From contig NC_043012.1 in the NCBI RefSeq assembly GCF_006345805.1, forward strand, positions 9,982,001 to 10,046,000: a stretch of DNA of 64,000 bases. The letters are read 5' to 3'. The notes under the pieces were generated by a model, which was given only the letters and a program-made list of their open reading frames with translations, was not told the DNA's origin and searched no databases. This DNA is from Octopus sinensis. Its lineage: Eukaryota. This document shows, one piece after another, positions 13,662 to 28,248 of the stretch. Made by a program: the position numbers and the translations under genes. Each line of letters begins with the position of its first letter. The first letter of the stretch is position 1.

Positions 13662-13796
13662 TATATATGTATATGTATATGTATATATATAGATATATAT
13701 ACACACATATGTATGTATATATGTATGTATATATATATATATGTATTTATACATGTTTGTAGAATACACATATCGAAATGCATATTATATATAATA

Positions 13797-13859
<63 letters not shown>

Positions 13860-14873
13860 AATATAGAAAGAGAGAGAGATAGAGACATCACCGAAGTATC
13901 TAACACTTGTTAGATACTTTTCCAAATCATTTCACTTTCTGTGTAATTTTCTCTTACTCTGTTTTATTTCTTCCACACTTTTTCTTCTTTGTTCTGTTTG
14001 TTTACTTTTTTCTTGTTTATTCCTTTTATCCTTTCTTTTTCTTTTTCTTATTTTCTTTTCCTCTTTTCTTCTTCTTTTCTTCTTCTTTTTTCATCACCAT
14101 TTATATTCTCTGATTTTTTTTTCGTTTTCTTCCTCTAGCTTATAACAGCTAGGTTGTTTATTTGAAGCACACACGGCGAAGTAAAGTCTGCGTATATATA
14201 TGTACGTGGATACCTGTATATATGCATTTGTATATAATTATATTTTGCCTGTATTTCTTTGAACATTTATGTAGGCATGTATCAACGTTTGTATGTTTAG
14301 TGTATATATGTATATATAGGTTTTTGTTATGTGTATGTATAGTAAATGTATATGTAATTTTATGATCTTTCTTCTTTGTAAATGTTTTTATTTTAAACGG
14401 ATATATATTAATTTACCCTGGGTATGCAGATATTTCCTTTTACTAAAGCTATCTTTTGATTTAAAGTTTTCTCATATCTAGAAAAATATGATTTTCAATC
14501 GTAATTTCATATAACCGGTTATTGTTAAACGAAAGGACCATTGAAACAAAACTATTTTCAAATATGTATCTATCTAGGACCTCAGAGACCTGCATGGAGT
14601 GGATGTAGGTCTTTTCAAAATAAAGCTGGACCTCTTCCTTTCGGGTGTCCCAGAAGAACCAACTTCGCGGCAGGAGGTGCAGATGAGGGCAGCTGCATCA
14701 AACTCTCTCATGCACCAAATGTCAATTGCTAAAAAACATTCGTGAAGTAAAATTATGCAGGAACACCAAATGGCGGTGCCCCAGCATGGCCACAGCTCGT
14801 GAGCTGAAATCAAATGGAAAAAAAATCTATGGTACATTCATGAATATAACTATATTTTGTTCCATTTTAAACT

Positions 14874-14920
14874 AAAACTGTCCGACGACCGGCAACGTGA
14901 AACTCTGAGTAACAGATTTT
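14874..14920 (+). ncRNA. Hammerhead motif, CCGANGA-core family
   Basis: aaaactgt CCGACGA ccg gcaa cgt GAAA ctctgag TA acagatttt. Same family as 59172-59219. Confidence 0.65.
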
Positions 14921-14956
14921 GTGATATCTCGCTCTCTCTCTCCCTCGCTCTACACA

Positions 14957-14996
<40 letters not shown>

Positions 14997-15593
14997 CCAG
15001 AAAATGGTTAAGCAGCGTTAATATGAATTATTCACTACAAAAATTCCACATGTTCAATTACAGCTGTTACGATTTTGTCCCAAAGAATTAATTTTGGCAG
15101 AATAACATGTAATAACCTAGAGATTATATCTTTTTAACTCCTCTCATGATATTTTGCACAGTAATAATTGTTAATTACTGGAATTTATTTCTTTTGGACA
15201 AAATCGAAAGATCTGTAAGTGAACATTTAGAATTTTACCGTTAATAAATTCTCTCCATTTTCTAGATTTTGATTTGCACATTTATAAACAAAGATTTATG
15301 ATTAAACCTATTATTTTAGGAATATTGCCATTCCCAACAAAATAATAGGTAACAAACCAGTAACTCAGTGGCTATTTTCTATCCTTTATGGCAGATTTTT
15401 AAACCTCCTATTAGAGTATGTAAGTAAAATTATTTTAATGTGTCTGACTGATGAAAACAATTCTATTCATTCGTTTATGCATCTAAGGATTGCTATGCAT
15501 TTAAATTGATGTAATGATTTCATTAGTCAATTAAAAAGAGTTGGTTGAAACGGTCGTATTGCATCACCTATGGATATCCTGTAGATTATTTTG

Positions 15594-15629
<36 letters not shown>

Positions 15630-15689
15630 TATATGTAGGTATGTAGTGTATCTATATATATATATATAGATATATATATTACTCCTATA

Positions 15690-15789
15690 ATTTCTCAGTC
15701 ATTTGACTGTGGCCATGCTAGAACATAGCCTTTAGTCAAGCAATCGACCCCAGGACTTCTGCTTTGTAAGCGTAGTACTTATTCTGTCG

Positions 15790-15858
<69 letters not shown>

Positions 15859-15963
15859 TATATATATACATATATACGACGGCCTTTCTGTTTTCGTCTA
15901 CCAAATCCACTCAGAAGGCTTTGGTCGGCCCGAGGTTGTATTAGAAGACACTTGCCCAAGGTG
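15690..15963 (-). mobile_element. SINE family C (partial) with internal microsatellite
   Basis: Matches cagtcatttgactg.ggccatgct ... ggctttggtcggcccgagg..agaagacacttgcccaaggtg. Confidence 0.8.
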
Positions 15964-16079
15964 ACAACTACGAAAATAATATTTTAATAAACAAACCCGA
16001 AAGGCTTTGCGTGTTACAGCGGGAAAGCTACTAATATGTATCATAATATTATTTATTCTCTGATTTGAAGCAATAATTT

Positions 16080-17422
16080 GTTAAATTTTAAAAAATTACT
16101 GAAAAATGATGAGCTAACTACAGGGAATGATGAGCTGACAACATGGAATGTGTTTAATCTGACCAAACTGAAATTCAAAATGAAGGTTTTGATTTCACTC
16201 ATTAGGGAACTTTTGTACGTTGACGAATGCCTTCTTGTCAGTCATTGTGAAATAGGTGTGTAATCTCTTGTACCTGTATTTGCCTCGACTTGTGATGATT
16301 TTGGCTTGACAATCAACTTGAAAAAAAAATGCATCAACCTGCGAGTGGTGCTGTTTGTAACCCTCCCCATAAAATCTTTGTTTAGGGAAAGTTACTGGAG
16401 GTTTTCGATTCGTTCATCTATCTTGCAAGCTCTGTTGAAAATGATGGAAATCTTGATACAGAAATACAGCTGCGAATACAAAGAGCCGCAATAGCAATCG
16501 GTGTGTTGGAGTCACATGTTTGGTACCACCGTCATATAAATAAGAATACAAAAATCATTTGTCTTACCATCCCTGATGTATTCCTGTGAAATTTGGACTT
16601 ATTATGAAATACATTTTAAATTGTTAGAACAATTCAGCCAAAAATGACTTCATCGCATTTGAAAATTTAATGAAATTCCTTTACTCCAAACACAGATGTC
16701 CTTGCATCTGCAGGCATCATCTGAATGAAAGCTATGATTTTGTGGAACCAATTGAGATTGTGTGGCCATATTGTTCGAATGAGAGATGAACGCATGCGGA
16801 AACAGCTGTTTTATGGTGAGCTTGTAGAGAGGAAACGCTATCGGCGTAACCTTCTCTCCCCCGCAAAAAGGATTAAGGACGGCATAAGGACTACTATGAC
16901 GTCACTTGGAATGGTTCCAGAAAATATAGAAACCGTTGCTTCGGATCGAGTTGGGTGGCGAACAAAAGTGTGGAGTGGAGTGAAAGCATTTGAAAAGTAT
17001 TTGAAAAGGATAACACAAATAAGATACAAAAGAGATCTAAGGAAGAATGTAACGATCGGGAAGGGGAATGACAATGACCTTTTCGTGTGTACAGTCTGTG
17101 ATAAACCATGCTTGTCTTTTGCTGGTCTCAAATCTTATCTGCGAACCTCCACCAACTATTCTGCCTATACGTCTGTGCACACCTTTGAATGCAGTGTATG
17201 CCAGAAGGTTTGCAAATCCTACGGAGGCCTCAAGAGACATTTTAAGATTCACAAAGAGCAGAAGTTATCTGCAGCTCTCAGTAGTCCAAATCGGAGGTGC
17301 AATCTATGTGGGTGTCTTTTCAGAACATTCTCTGGTTTAAAAATGCCACATCAAATGCCATGATTGTGCTAAGGTGTAGGGTACAGGAGGTGGTCAAACT
17401 CTGCATAAGGAGTAGACTACCA

Positions 17423-17425
<3 letters not shown>
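16080..17425 (+). mobile_element. RTE-clade LINE 3' portion (disrupted RT) ending in three C2H2 zinc-finger-like motifs
   Basis: LIRELLYVDEC (YADD-equivalent motif), QLRLCGHIVRMRDERMRKQLFYGEL, then CTVCDKPCLSFAGLKS, CSVCQKVCKSYGGLKRHFKIH and CNLCGCLFRTFSGLK. Confidence 0.85.
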
Positions 17426-17457
<32 letters not shown>

Positions 17458-17496
17458 ATATATATATAATATAATATATATATATATATATATATA

Positions 17497-17558
<62 letters not shown>

Positions 17559-18073
17559 GTGTGTGTGTGTGTGTGTGTGTATGCATGTATCCTGATATTG
17601 TATCTTGACATTTCCTGTATACGTATAGAACGGGGGTGATTTTGAATCCGAGAAAGCAAACTGGAATCTTACTGAAATGTCAAAGTATATGCTAGATTAA
17701 TATTGTCTGAAAAATGACTTTGATGATATGTTGTAGAGGAAATATACACAGTAAAACACACAGAGAAGAACAGAGACTGAAATGACTTGGAATAATTTAA
17801 TTATTTACTCTTGCACAATTTCGCGTTTGTCTTATTCCAGAAAATGAAATGCAAGGAAAAAAGTTCAGAAAGATCAAAAATGAAAATAAAAAAAAGTAAA
17901 GCATATATATGGAAATCACAAACTTGCCTGACTTATTTTTAATCGTTATTAATCGGACGATTTGCAGGGAGAATTGTTTTTATGATTAAAATTAAAAATC
18001 AAATTTTATGTTTAGAATTTTATATATATTTGTGTGTGCTGAGCATTTTGTATCTTATGTGTATACATACATA

Positions 18074-18138
<65 letters not shown>

Positions 18139-18170
18139 AAATCTAATTCTCGGCGACAACTATGATTGTC

Positions 18171-18213
18171 ACACGCTGACAAGAGGTCAATACCTCGAAA
18201 CTCGAGTCCGTGT
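18171..18213 (+). ncRNA. Minimal type I hammerhead motif with G8A substitution in a TA-flanked element (~18135-18380)
   Basis: acacg CTGACAA gaggt caat acctc GAAA c tcga GTC cgtgt. All three stems pair. Confidence 0.75.
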
Positions 18214-18375
18214 GTATCATAAGTTGAAGACGGGAAGGATGACTTCCCTTTGCAAATACTGACAGGACACAGATAGTGTGTCTATGGCCAGCTGGAGGAG
18301 TGTGTCCTCCTGGGGCTAAAAACTACAGTAGCATCCACCCTTAGGGGTTAGCCATATTGAAATGGCAAAAATACG

Positions 18376-18411
<36 letters not shown>

Positions 18412-18692
18412 TACACAACACACACATAATATGTATGTATGTATGTACATAATATGTATATGATAAAAGACGAAAGAGGTTGTGGTAAGATTCTCCTTCG
18501 TTGAATGATGGCTTGTTAAATGTTATGTTTCAAACATTTTATCTGATATTTGGGTCATTTGTGTGATTTATTCTTGCAACAGAAGAGTTTTTTTTCCTTC
18601 TATCTTGATAACAGCTTTTGACTTTTCAGTCTTTTTTTTGTATCTCTTAATGATCCGAATGATATCAATGCTTGCGATAACATGTTTCGCAT

Positions 18693-18727
<35 letters not shown>

Positions 18728-19074
18728 GGTACATATGTTTATGCAATGGACACATATAGACATACATACAGGTATATATATATATATATATAATATACAT
18801 AAAGCATACGCACAAACACAAATACACATACACGTATATATCAATTTATGAGTAAATGAGGTAAATAGCGTACTCTATAAGGATCTATTTCATATTAAAT
18901 TCTTGTGTTATATGTACCAAGGATTACACCACGTCACCAAAACATCTATGCCTTATTAGAATACTGACACCTAACAACTGTCGACTTGTTGTACTGTGGT
19001 GACGTAGAATTCATATTGGACTGCTGAAATCTAGAAGTTTTTCTTCGTGCTTTCTCTCTTTATGTTCTTTTATT

Positions 19075-19110
19075 CCTTTCTGTTGAAGAGCGTAGGCTCG
19101 AAAAGTAAAA
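19075..19110 (+). ncRNA. Hammerhead-like motif, CTGTTGA-core family
   Basis: ccttt CTGTTGA a gagc gtag gctc GAAA a GTA aaa. Same family as 61472-61508. Confidence 0.55.
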
Positions 19111-19864
19111 CACTTGTTTCATTTTATCCGGGTGACCAACTAATGCACTTGCTTGTACTTTTTCTATCCAGTTAACCTTTATTTTTTTTAATACACTCCA
19201 ATCCCGATATATGATAATAGTAATGACCCAAATATTAAAGATTTAAATTGACCATGAGTGTAAGATGTCTACGTCAAATTTCAAAACACTAAACTGGGTA
19301 GAATTCAATCTCTAGACAATACAGACGTTTTTGAATGTGATGACTCAAGTACACACACGAAGACCTTTAATGTTTTTATTACTGTCCCCTTTTTGACTTC
19401 TGGCCATCGCTTATCCCTTCTTACCATCAGCCGTCCATCCCATTCTTTCCCTCCTGTGTTGTTTTTTTTTCTTTTACTTTCAGTTATTTTCCAGCTCATC
19501 ACTACTCTTCCACCTTTTCTCTCTATCTCCCTTTCAATCACCTTGTACGTATTTCATCTCTTCGCTCACTTTCCCATACCTGTATCATTCATTTATCATG
19601 GTTCTGCTTGGTTTTCACCGGAATATCATGACTCTGATGAGTCTAGCATCTGGTCACTTAGTTTTTCACTACGGATAAATGGACCGATTGAATACAGCAA
19701 TCAATAAACTGGCCTGTCAGTTCACGCGCCTACGGACATATGGAGTAGTTGTTAAGAGCACAGGCTACAAACTCCAAGTTTCCGAGTTCAATTCCAAGCA
19801 TTGTGCTGGCTAATAATAATAATATTTTTTAAAAAAGGATTGACATAACTCTTCACAAAGGTAA

Positions 19865-20625
19865 ACAGTCAAGACGAAGAGCGCTATTCAATTGTAAGAT
19901 ATTTTATTGGTTGACCGATATTCCAACAGTAAATCTGTCTTTGTCAAGTTCAATATAAGAAGTGATAAAAATTCAAAATTACAGAAATTTAAACGTAAAG
20001 TATGAACAAGAGCAACTAGCGTTCACACGTTGATGGGATGACATCATCAGTTTTTAAGCTACGATTTTATAACAGGCAAAAAGAAAAAGACAGAAAAAAA
20101 ACAGAAAAAAGAAGATGACAGTATAAAAGGAAAGAAAAAGAGAAAGAAGAATATTTAATCAAACAGTTTTGTATAAATTTGATGATATTCTCCTGTCATC
20201 TTATTCATTTCCCCAGGGTATGATGTTAATAACCCGCAAACCTATTTCACCTCATACATTCTGAGAAGTGAAAGCGAAGAAGATTCAGAATATTTTCTGA
20301 GAATATGCACTTTCAAGTCTTCTTCAAAATTGCAGCCGCTTGAAACGAAATGTTCAGCAAGTTCTGTCGAACTACCGTTATTTTGCCTGACGTCGAATCT
20401 GTGCCAATCAAACCTTTTGTTTAATTGTTTTGTTGTGCAACCAACATAAATTAAGTTGTGCTTCGTGCATTCTGCAGCGTACACCAAATGGGAATCTTTA
20501 CATGAAAAGAATTTTGAATTTTTATCACTTCTTAATTTGAACTTGACAAAGACAGACGTACTGTTGAAATATCGTTCAACTAATGAAATATCTTACAATC
20601 GAATCGCGCTCCTCGTCTAGACTAG
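19865..20625 (-). mobile_element. 5'-truncated Penelope-like element with an inverted terminal copy
   Basis: ORF 20242-20487 VYAAECTKHNLIYVGCTTKQLNKRFDWH..STELAEHF (GIY-YIG). 19865-19980 and 20510-20625 are inverted repeats, each with a hammerhead-like motif. A (TAA)n tract follows. Confidence 0.8.
20537..20579 (+). ncRNA. Minimal hammerhead with U3:A8 covariant core
   Basis: ttgaac TTGACAA a gacag acgta ctgtt GAAA t ATC gttcaa. Stem I is a perfect 6 bp. An inverted sister copy lies at 19911-19953. Confidence 0.65.
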
Positions 20626-20645
20626 TAATAATAGTAATAATAATA

Positions 20646-20700
<55 letters not shown>

Positions 20701-21702
20701 TTACATCGAAAAATACCTTGGCTGGAGGGTATATTAACCGAAACGTTCCGTTAACAAAAACAAGATGAGGACAAATATCCGTCAAGTGTAAATAATGTAA
20801 AACGAAATGGAACTTAATTCCTCATCCTCATATAGAACTGTATAATTTTTATAATCTTAAAACTTATCTTTATACAGCATAACACTATTGTTTATATACA
20901 ATCATCCATAGTACCTCATGATTATTTCTTCTGTATTAATATCATAAGTTTTATTAACGTGTTGCCCCTTTAACGTGTAATTAACATCGTGATTTGGGTT
21001 CTTTCCTTACCCAGCCTCCTTTATCAACAATTATTTATAGAAATCCTAAAATCCTAGCTATATTTATAACCATACTCAACTATTAACTCTCAACTCACTT
21101 CTGCCCTCTATTCTAAACAGACACTGTCCTCTAGCCTTGTATTTGGTAGTTGATAAAAAAAACTAATAAATTAAAATTGAACCTCAATCCCTAACAAACT
21201 AGAAGTGTAGTATATTCTTAGCTACATTAGTAGTAACATGGACACTGTCCCTCTTCTTGCTCTATTAGAGAATTTGAGTAAGCTTAAATTAATGTGTCCA
21301 ACTGATTAAAAATTCTATTTATTTATTTATGCAGGTGAGGATAACCCTGCATTTAAATTTATGTATGATTGCATTGTCCAATCAAATGGAGACGGTTGAA
21401 ACAGTCGTACTGCATCACCTCTTGATATCCTTTTGCTTCCTTTTGATTATATATATATATAATATCAATCTGTTTGCCACACATTCCTCTACAACTTATT
21501 GTATATGCGGTTTAGCATCAACATGTCGCAAGATTTTACCCTGCAGCAAAACTGAGGCGTTTCATACAGTCTTTGACACATACATGCACGAAAACATATA
21601 CACACATACACCCATGCACACAAAAATACTGGCACCTATCTATCAACCTATAAATCCATCTAACAGTCTGTCTATCTACCTACACACACACACACACACA
21701 CG

Positions 21703-22089
21703 CAAGGAAGCACTCCGTCGGTTACGACGACGAGGGTTCCGGTTGATCCGAATCAACGGAACAGCCTGCTCGTGAAATTAACGTGCAAGTGGCTGAGCAC
21801 TCCACAGACACGTGTACCCTTAACGTAGTTCTCGGGGATATTCAGCGTAACACAGAGAGTGACAAGGCCGGCCCTTTGAAATACAAGGTACAACAGAAAC
21901 AGGAAGTAAGAGTTAGAGAAAGTTGTGGTGAAAGAGTACAGCAGGGATCACCACCATCCCCTGCCCGAGCCTCGTGGAGCTTTAGGTGTTTTCGCTCAAT
22001 AAACACTCACAACGCCAGGTGTGGGAATCGAAACCGCGATCCTATGACCGCGAGTCCGCTACCCTAACCACTGGGCTATTGCGCCTCCA
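21703..22089 (-). mobile_element. SINE family A
   Basis: Near-identical reverse complement of 53873-54258. Confidence 0.9.
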
Positions 22090-22560
22090 AACACACACAT
22101 ATATAATATATATATATATACATGCATTTCCTTTGTTATGTTTTAGTGCTGACATCTACATTTTTTTAAAATATTGCCTGTTATTCATTATGTTATTCTA
22201 AAACTTTTCCTTAGCGATCTTTGCTTGAAAGAAAATACTCTCCAAGTCATTCACGCGTATTATTTTAATTGATATTGTTTCGTCTCTCTAATTAACACAT
22301 AAGTAAAATTTGTTGAGATATTACGGTATGATACACATTTCTATATATAGGTGTGTAGGCTGAGATGTTCATAGGCCGTCTATGAATAAGTAATGCTAGA
22401 CGTGGGAAATCTGTCATGCATTAATTTCAAATCTTCTAATTAATAACTGCCTTGCTTCTTTCCAGAAAAAAACAGACATCTAACTGTGCAAAGAAGACTT
22501 CAGTTGTCACTAGCATCTTTTACACTTGAAACTGGAGTAAGTTTCATTGTAATTACTCCA

Positions 22561-23017
22561 TGTGAGCATGAAAAATAATATCCTTAAGAATATAAACCTA
22601 GAAAAGTACAGGACAAATTATTTCTTCTAGTAAAGAATAAGAAACTTTTTACTTAAAATACTGCAGCGAAAAATGCCAGTTCTTCTAATTTATCAGTCTT
22701 TACATTTCTCATCTTTTAAATTTATTGTACAAAATTGTTCATTTAATTTATAAGTTTGTCAGTTATTCACTTTTTTCTGTATTTAAGGTAGTAAATTGGC
22801 CAAATTCTACTTAAATACGTATAGTGTTATTTGTAAACTATAATAAGATAAGTTTTAATATTCGAATTTTATTTTAGCTCCAATATTTTAATTAAAAAGT
22901 TTCTTATTCTTTGCGTTACTAGAAGTAATAGCTTGTCCTCTATGTTTACAGGGGTAATAACTTGTCCTGTACTTTTCCAGGTTTATAATCTTAAGAATGT
23001 TACGTTTCATGTTCGCA
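22561..23017. repeat. Diverged inverted repeat (22561-22660 vs 22883-23017)
   Basis: cttaagaatataaacctagaaaagtacaggacaa / ttgtcctgtacttttccaggtttataatcttaag. Confidence 0.7.
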
Positions 23018-26000
23018 TTTTTCTATGTAATCCATGATTTTCCCAGGTATTGCTGTTATAAAATAATTAATAATAATATGTCAGTTAATAATTTAAGGTT
23101 TTACCTTATAACATATTGAAAGATAATATCTAAATTTTTTCATGTAAATGTTGATAATATTTCAATTTTTTTCATGTTTAATTTAAATATATGTTGTGGT
23201 TGAATTATTTGATATTACCCATCCACACCAAATTAATAGCAGGGATTTTTACCATGTTGTTGTTTGCACCATGGCTCACCAAAAGTTACAAACAAAACAC
23301 CAAAACCATCAGTTACCATCAGCAATTGAAATTCTAGACCATCGCTAGGCTAAATTGAATTCTACATATTCAGTTAAATAGGTGGATACAACTTCAAACT
23401 GTTTAACAGTAACACCACCACTCATTTTAAATGTCATCGGCTGACCAGTAATTATGCCAACTATGCATATGAAATTTCGGTCATTTATTTGTACCCTATA
23501 GATATGATATTCCTATACTCATCAATTATTTCTATACCATCGGTTACTCATTGTGCCCTATAGACAATAATTACTAAGTAAAGCAACGCGCAAGAAATTA
23601 GTTGGTGAAACTTTAACGAAATTCACCTAATAGCTTTAGTCTTCCTTTACACAACACTATCTCCATTCTACTAATCTCAAAACCACCATTTTTCATCGAG
23701 AAGAAGAGAGAAAGAGAGAGAGAGAGGACAACATCAACTTTACCCATAATTACCTGTAGAAATATGATACTTCGTAATTAACAGTTAGTCTCTAATCTAA
23801 TTGAACATCCCATCTCAGTAATACTTTGTAGCGGAACTGACCACGAAAGAATTAAGAAGACTAACTTTATAATCGCACGTAATGTGACCAGTGAGAGAGT
23901 TTCTACTGAGAGAGTTTCATTCATAATGCAAGAGCAATTACATTTTACTGATACCGCAGCCTAATGTTTTAAAGCATAATGGACACATAGAATAGCAAAC
24001 ACCCACTTACATTATGCTGGAAGAAAAAGGATGATCAAAATTAATTAGGCTCTAAAAGACAGCAACTTTCTCAACATTATTTAGTTTCTTATAACATATT
24101 TGAAAATATAATTTAAAACGAGCCCTAACGTATAAATTATCAATTACTATTAAATATTATTAAATTGTAATGTTACGTACAAAAGTCACTTTGGTTTGCA
24201 TTAGAAATATATTATAAATAAAGATGAGATATTGAATGCATAAAAAGGCATCCATTAATGTATAAGACATCTAATTATTACAACTTAACGATATAAGAAA
24301 TATAACTAAGACATTCATTGTGCTTAATTTAAAATATAAACAAGTTTTAAACAAATATCATTTAGAATAATACAATCTAAAATGCTTTAGAATATTTCAA
24401 ATTAAAACCAATATGTTGGCTATCACAAACAGTCACTCGTAAATATGTCCATAGCAACTCGGTGAATATTCTCATATTCATATAATTATATTTTCAAGTA
24501 TGCCTTTATGTTAAATTTACATTTCCTTGTTAATTATTTTGATTCATGCAATTCTTTTATATAGATTTAAGCATAAAATATTTCATTCGTATTTAGTGTC
24601 ACGTGAATTCATATATTTTAGTGATTGCTCACTTAATTACCACAATGATATGTGTGCTGAAAAACACAATTAGCCCGAGCATATTTAAGTCTAACGATAG
24701 TAGCTATTGAATAATAGCCTACTATAATTTAGTTGTGTGAACAGTGTATGTGCAAGTATAAGACAAACTCACAATAAGGTACGTGTCTATATACGCATTG
24801 TTTCGTATTTATATTCTCTTAGTAGCTGAGCAACTTGTAATTTGAATATGAGTCAGGATGCACCGAAACAATTTTACACGCCTTCGTTCTAGTTTCGTAA
24901 GATAAACTACCTTAAAACGCGAGAAAGTGTAGCCGCGAGACAGTATGTCTAGATTTAGGATTTTAATAACAGATCTGCCACAATGATTTCCTGTAGTAAC
25001 TGAAAAATCTAATACAATATGGCTCAAATGACAATATATTCATCAATACCGTCAGATTTATTCAATAAAGATACATATTTAAACAGTACAAATCTTTCGA
25101 TGATTGATGACGTTAAAACAACTCTTCAGCAGAATTTGGAAAAGAAAACAGAAACTTTAAATATAATAAACCATCTTTAACCCTTTTGTCACCATATTTA
25201 ATTTGAAATACATTGTCTTTGCTTCAAGCAGTTTAGAAATAATGAAGAGTTTAGTAAAATAACTTTGTTATCACTAAGCTAGTGTTTGGAACTTAAATTA
25301 ACATGAAGTTTTGATGAAAGGTTTTTCATTATATAATCTTAAACAAGAAATTTATATTATCGAACCAACGACGGTCTCAGGCGAGTCGGTAGCAAAAGGG
25401 TTATTCTCAAATATTGATATTATATTGTACAAACTGAGCAGATGTAACTGAAATAAATAAAATATTTTCGTTTTTATACCTACACACGTGAATAGGCATG
25501 CACACACATGTACATATATGCACACATTCACACTCATATACGCATAGTCGCCCACAATATGCAGACTTATGCACACTCATGCAAACACTCATATATAATG
25601 TTCCAAGAGGTTTATTGAAATGATTATAAGTTCGATGAATATATTTCAAGAATCTCATTTATTTCATAATAATTCTTCCTCTTGTCTTCCATCAACCGTT
25701 TATTAAGTTTGGACACATGTTCCATGCAAACAGCAGCGTTCTGTGATTGACGATGCAATGAATAAAATTGATGATTTTGGAGATGAAGAGAAAAAATGCT
25801 GCCATCATGAGAATATTGTTCTTGTTTGTTGCGTGTAGTGTTTGCTACAATGTTAATGGTTGCTATGGTGATGTTATTACATGTATGATGGAAATAATAT
25901 TAGTTGTTATAGCAATGTTGCCAGATGCAACGTTCCCTGCAGTAGCGCATTTGTCGTAATTATTGTTGTAACATTAGTCATAACCAGCGATTTTCTTGTT

Positions 26001-27266
26001 GTCGTTAGAAGTCCTGACGACTGCAATTTTAATGAATGTTTTGGTGATGATGCACGTTATGATCATAGTCTCATTAGTGGATATTATGCTGATATTATTA
26101 TTGTTGTTGAAAGTTATATCGATTGAGTTTAATAATTTCAAGCGTTGCTATGTTGATGTAGTTGCTGCTGGATGTTAACTCTAACTGCAATATCAATGCT
26201 TAATATATTGTTGGCATTGATAGGGTTGTTGTTGTTGCTGTTGTTGTTAATGTTACTGTTGTTATTTTCGTTATTGTTGTCGCATGTAAAGATGTCTACA
26301 CGTTTAGTGGTGGGTGAGATATTCTCAGCAGCGGATTAAAGAACGATTATCATAACACTTAAAATATACTTCATTATCCACTCATATTACTTCGTTCCTT
26401 TAAATAGAATCTGAAAGAATGGTAAGGGATATACACAAATATTCATATGACTGTATCTCCGAGGCACACATAGAAAATTATATTATTTTAATTACAGCTG
26501 AATGAAGTCTTTCAAAAATGAATCTCGAACGTAATGCAAGCTACAATAAAAAGATTCACACAACTATTGCCAACACATATCCGTAAACAACAGCGAATCT
26601 CTGTCTTAATATGCACACGAAAAACACAATGAGTAGTCTCAGATGGAGTGGGTTGTAAATGGAAATTTATATGGATTTGCAGAGAAGAAAATATTGTTGA
26701 AATTATGGAACGCCAAAAGCAAAGAAGCACCTTTGTCGAAAATGAGGCACCAGTTAACGCATCAACAACAGAAGCTAAACGAACAGTAAAAAAAGTAGGC
26801 AGGGTAGTCTTCAAATAAGCACCGCAGAATCTGATATTCCAATAAAATATGTACATATCTTACAAATTAGACGCAAATACAAAGCAGCAATACTTTAACA
26901 ACACTAGTAAAGTAAAACTTTGCCAGATCGAGATAAACGTATCTCAATGTATTGTATGCAAAAGGAAAAAAAAATGATCACAACATATAAAGGGATAGAT
27001 AATGATATTTAAATTTTCTTAATAGATTACAGTAAAAATGGTAGAATAGTTAACCACGTGAAGTAAAATGAAGTAAAATGAGTTAATTGGCCACCTAAGG
27101 ACGTATTGGGTAAACGTGTTTCGAATAGGTTATAACAGTCATCAGCTAAAGAAGTTCTATTATAGCCTTAAATGTAACGAGTAAAATTCGTGATGATGTC
27201 TAAAACACTCGTCTATACATAATGCATACATACATGTATGCAAACATCCGTTTATACACATATACA

Positions 27267-28248
<982 letters not shown>

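Noticed and set aside
13892-13918. Small perfect hairpin aagtatctaaca-ct-tgttagatactt
   Set aside because: It may be an HHR stem II remnant, but the core nucleotides are missing and it is too short to call.
25680-26290. Several overlapping ORFs with biased composition (similar region at 50020-50380)
   Set aside because: Decayed trinucleotide (GTT/GAT) low-complexity sequence with no recognisable domain.
26512-26856. 114-aa ORF in unique sequence
   Set aside because: No recognisable motif, splice signals or homology evident.
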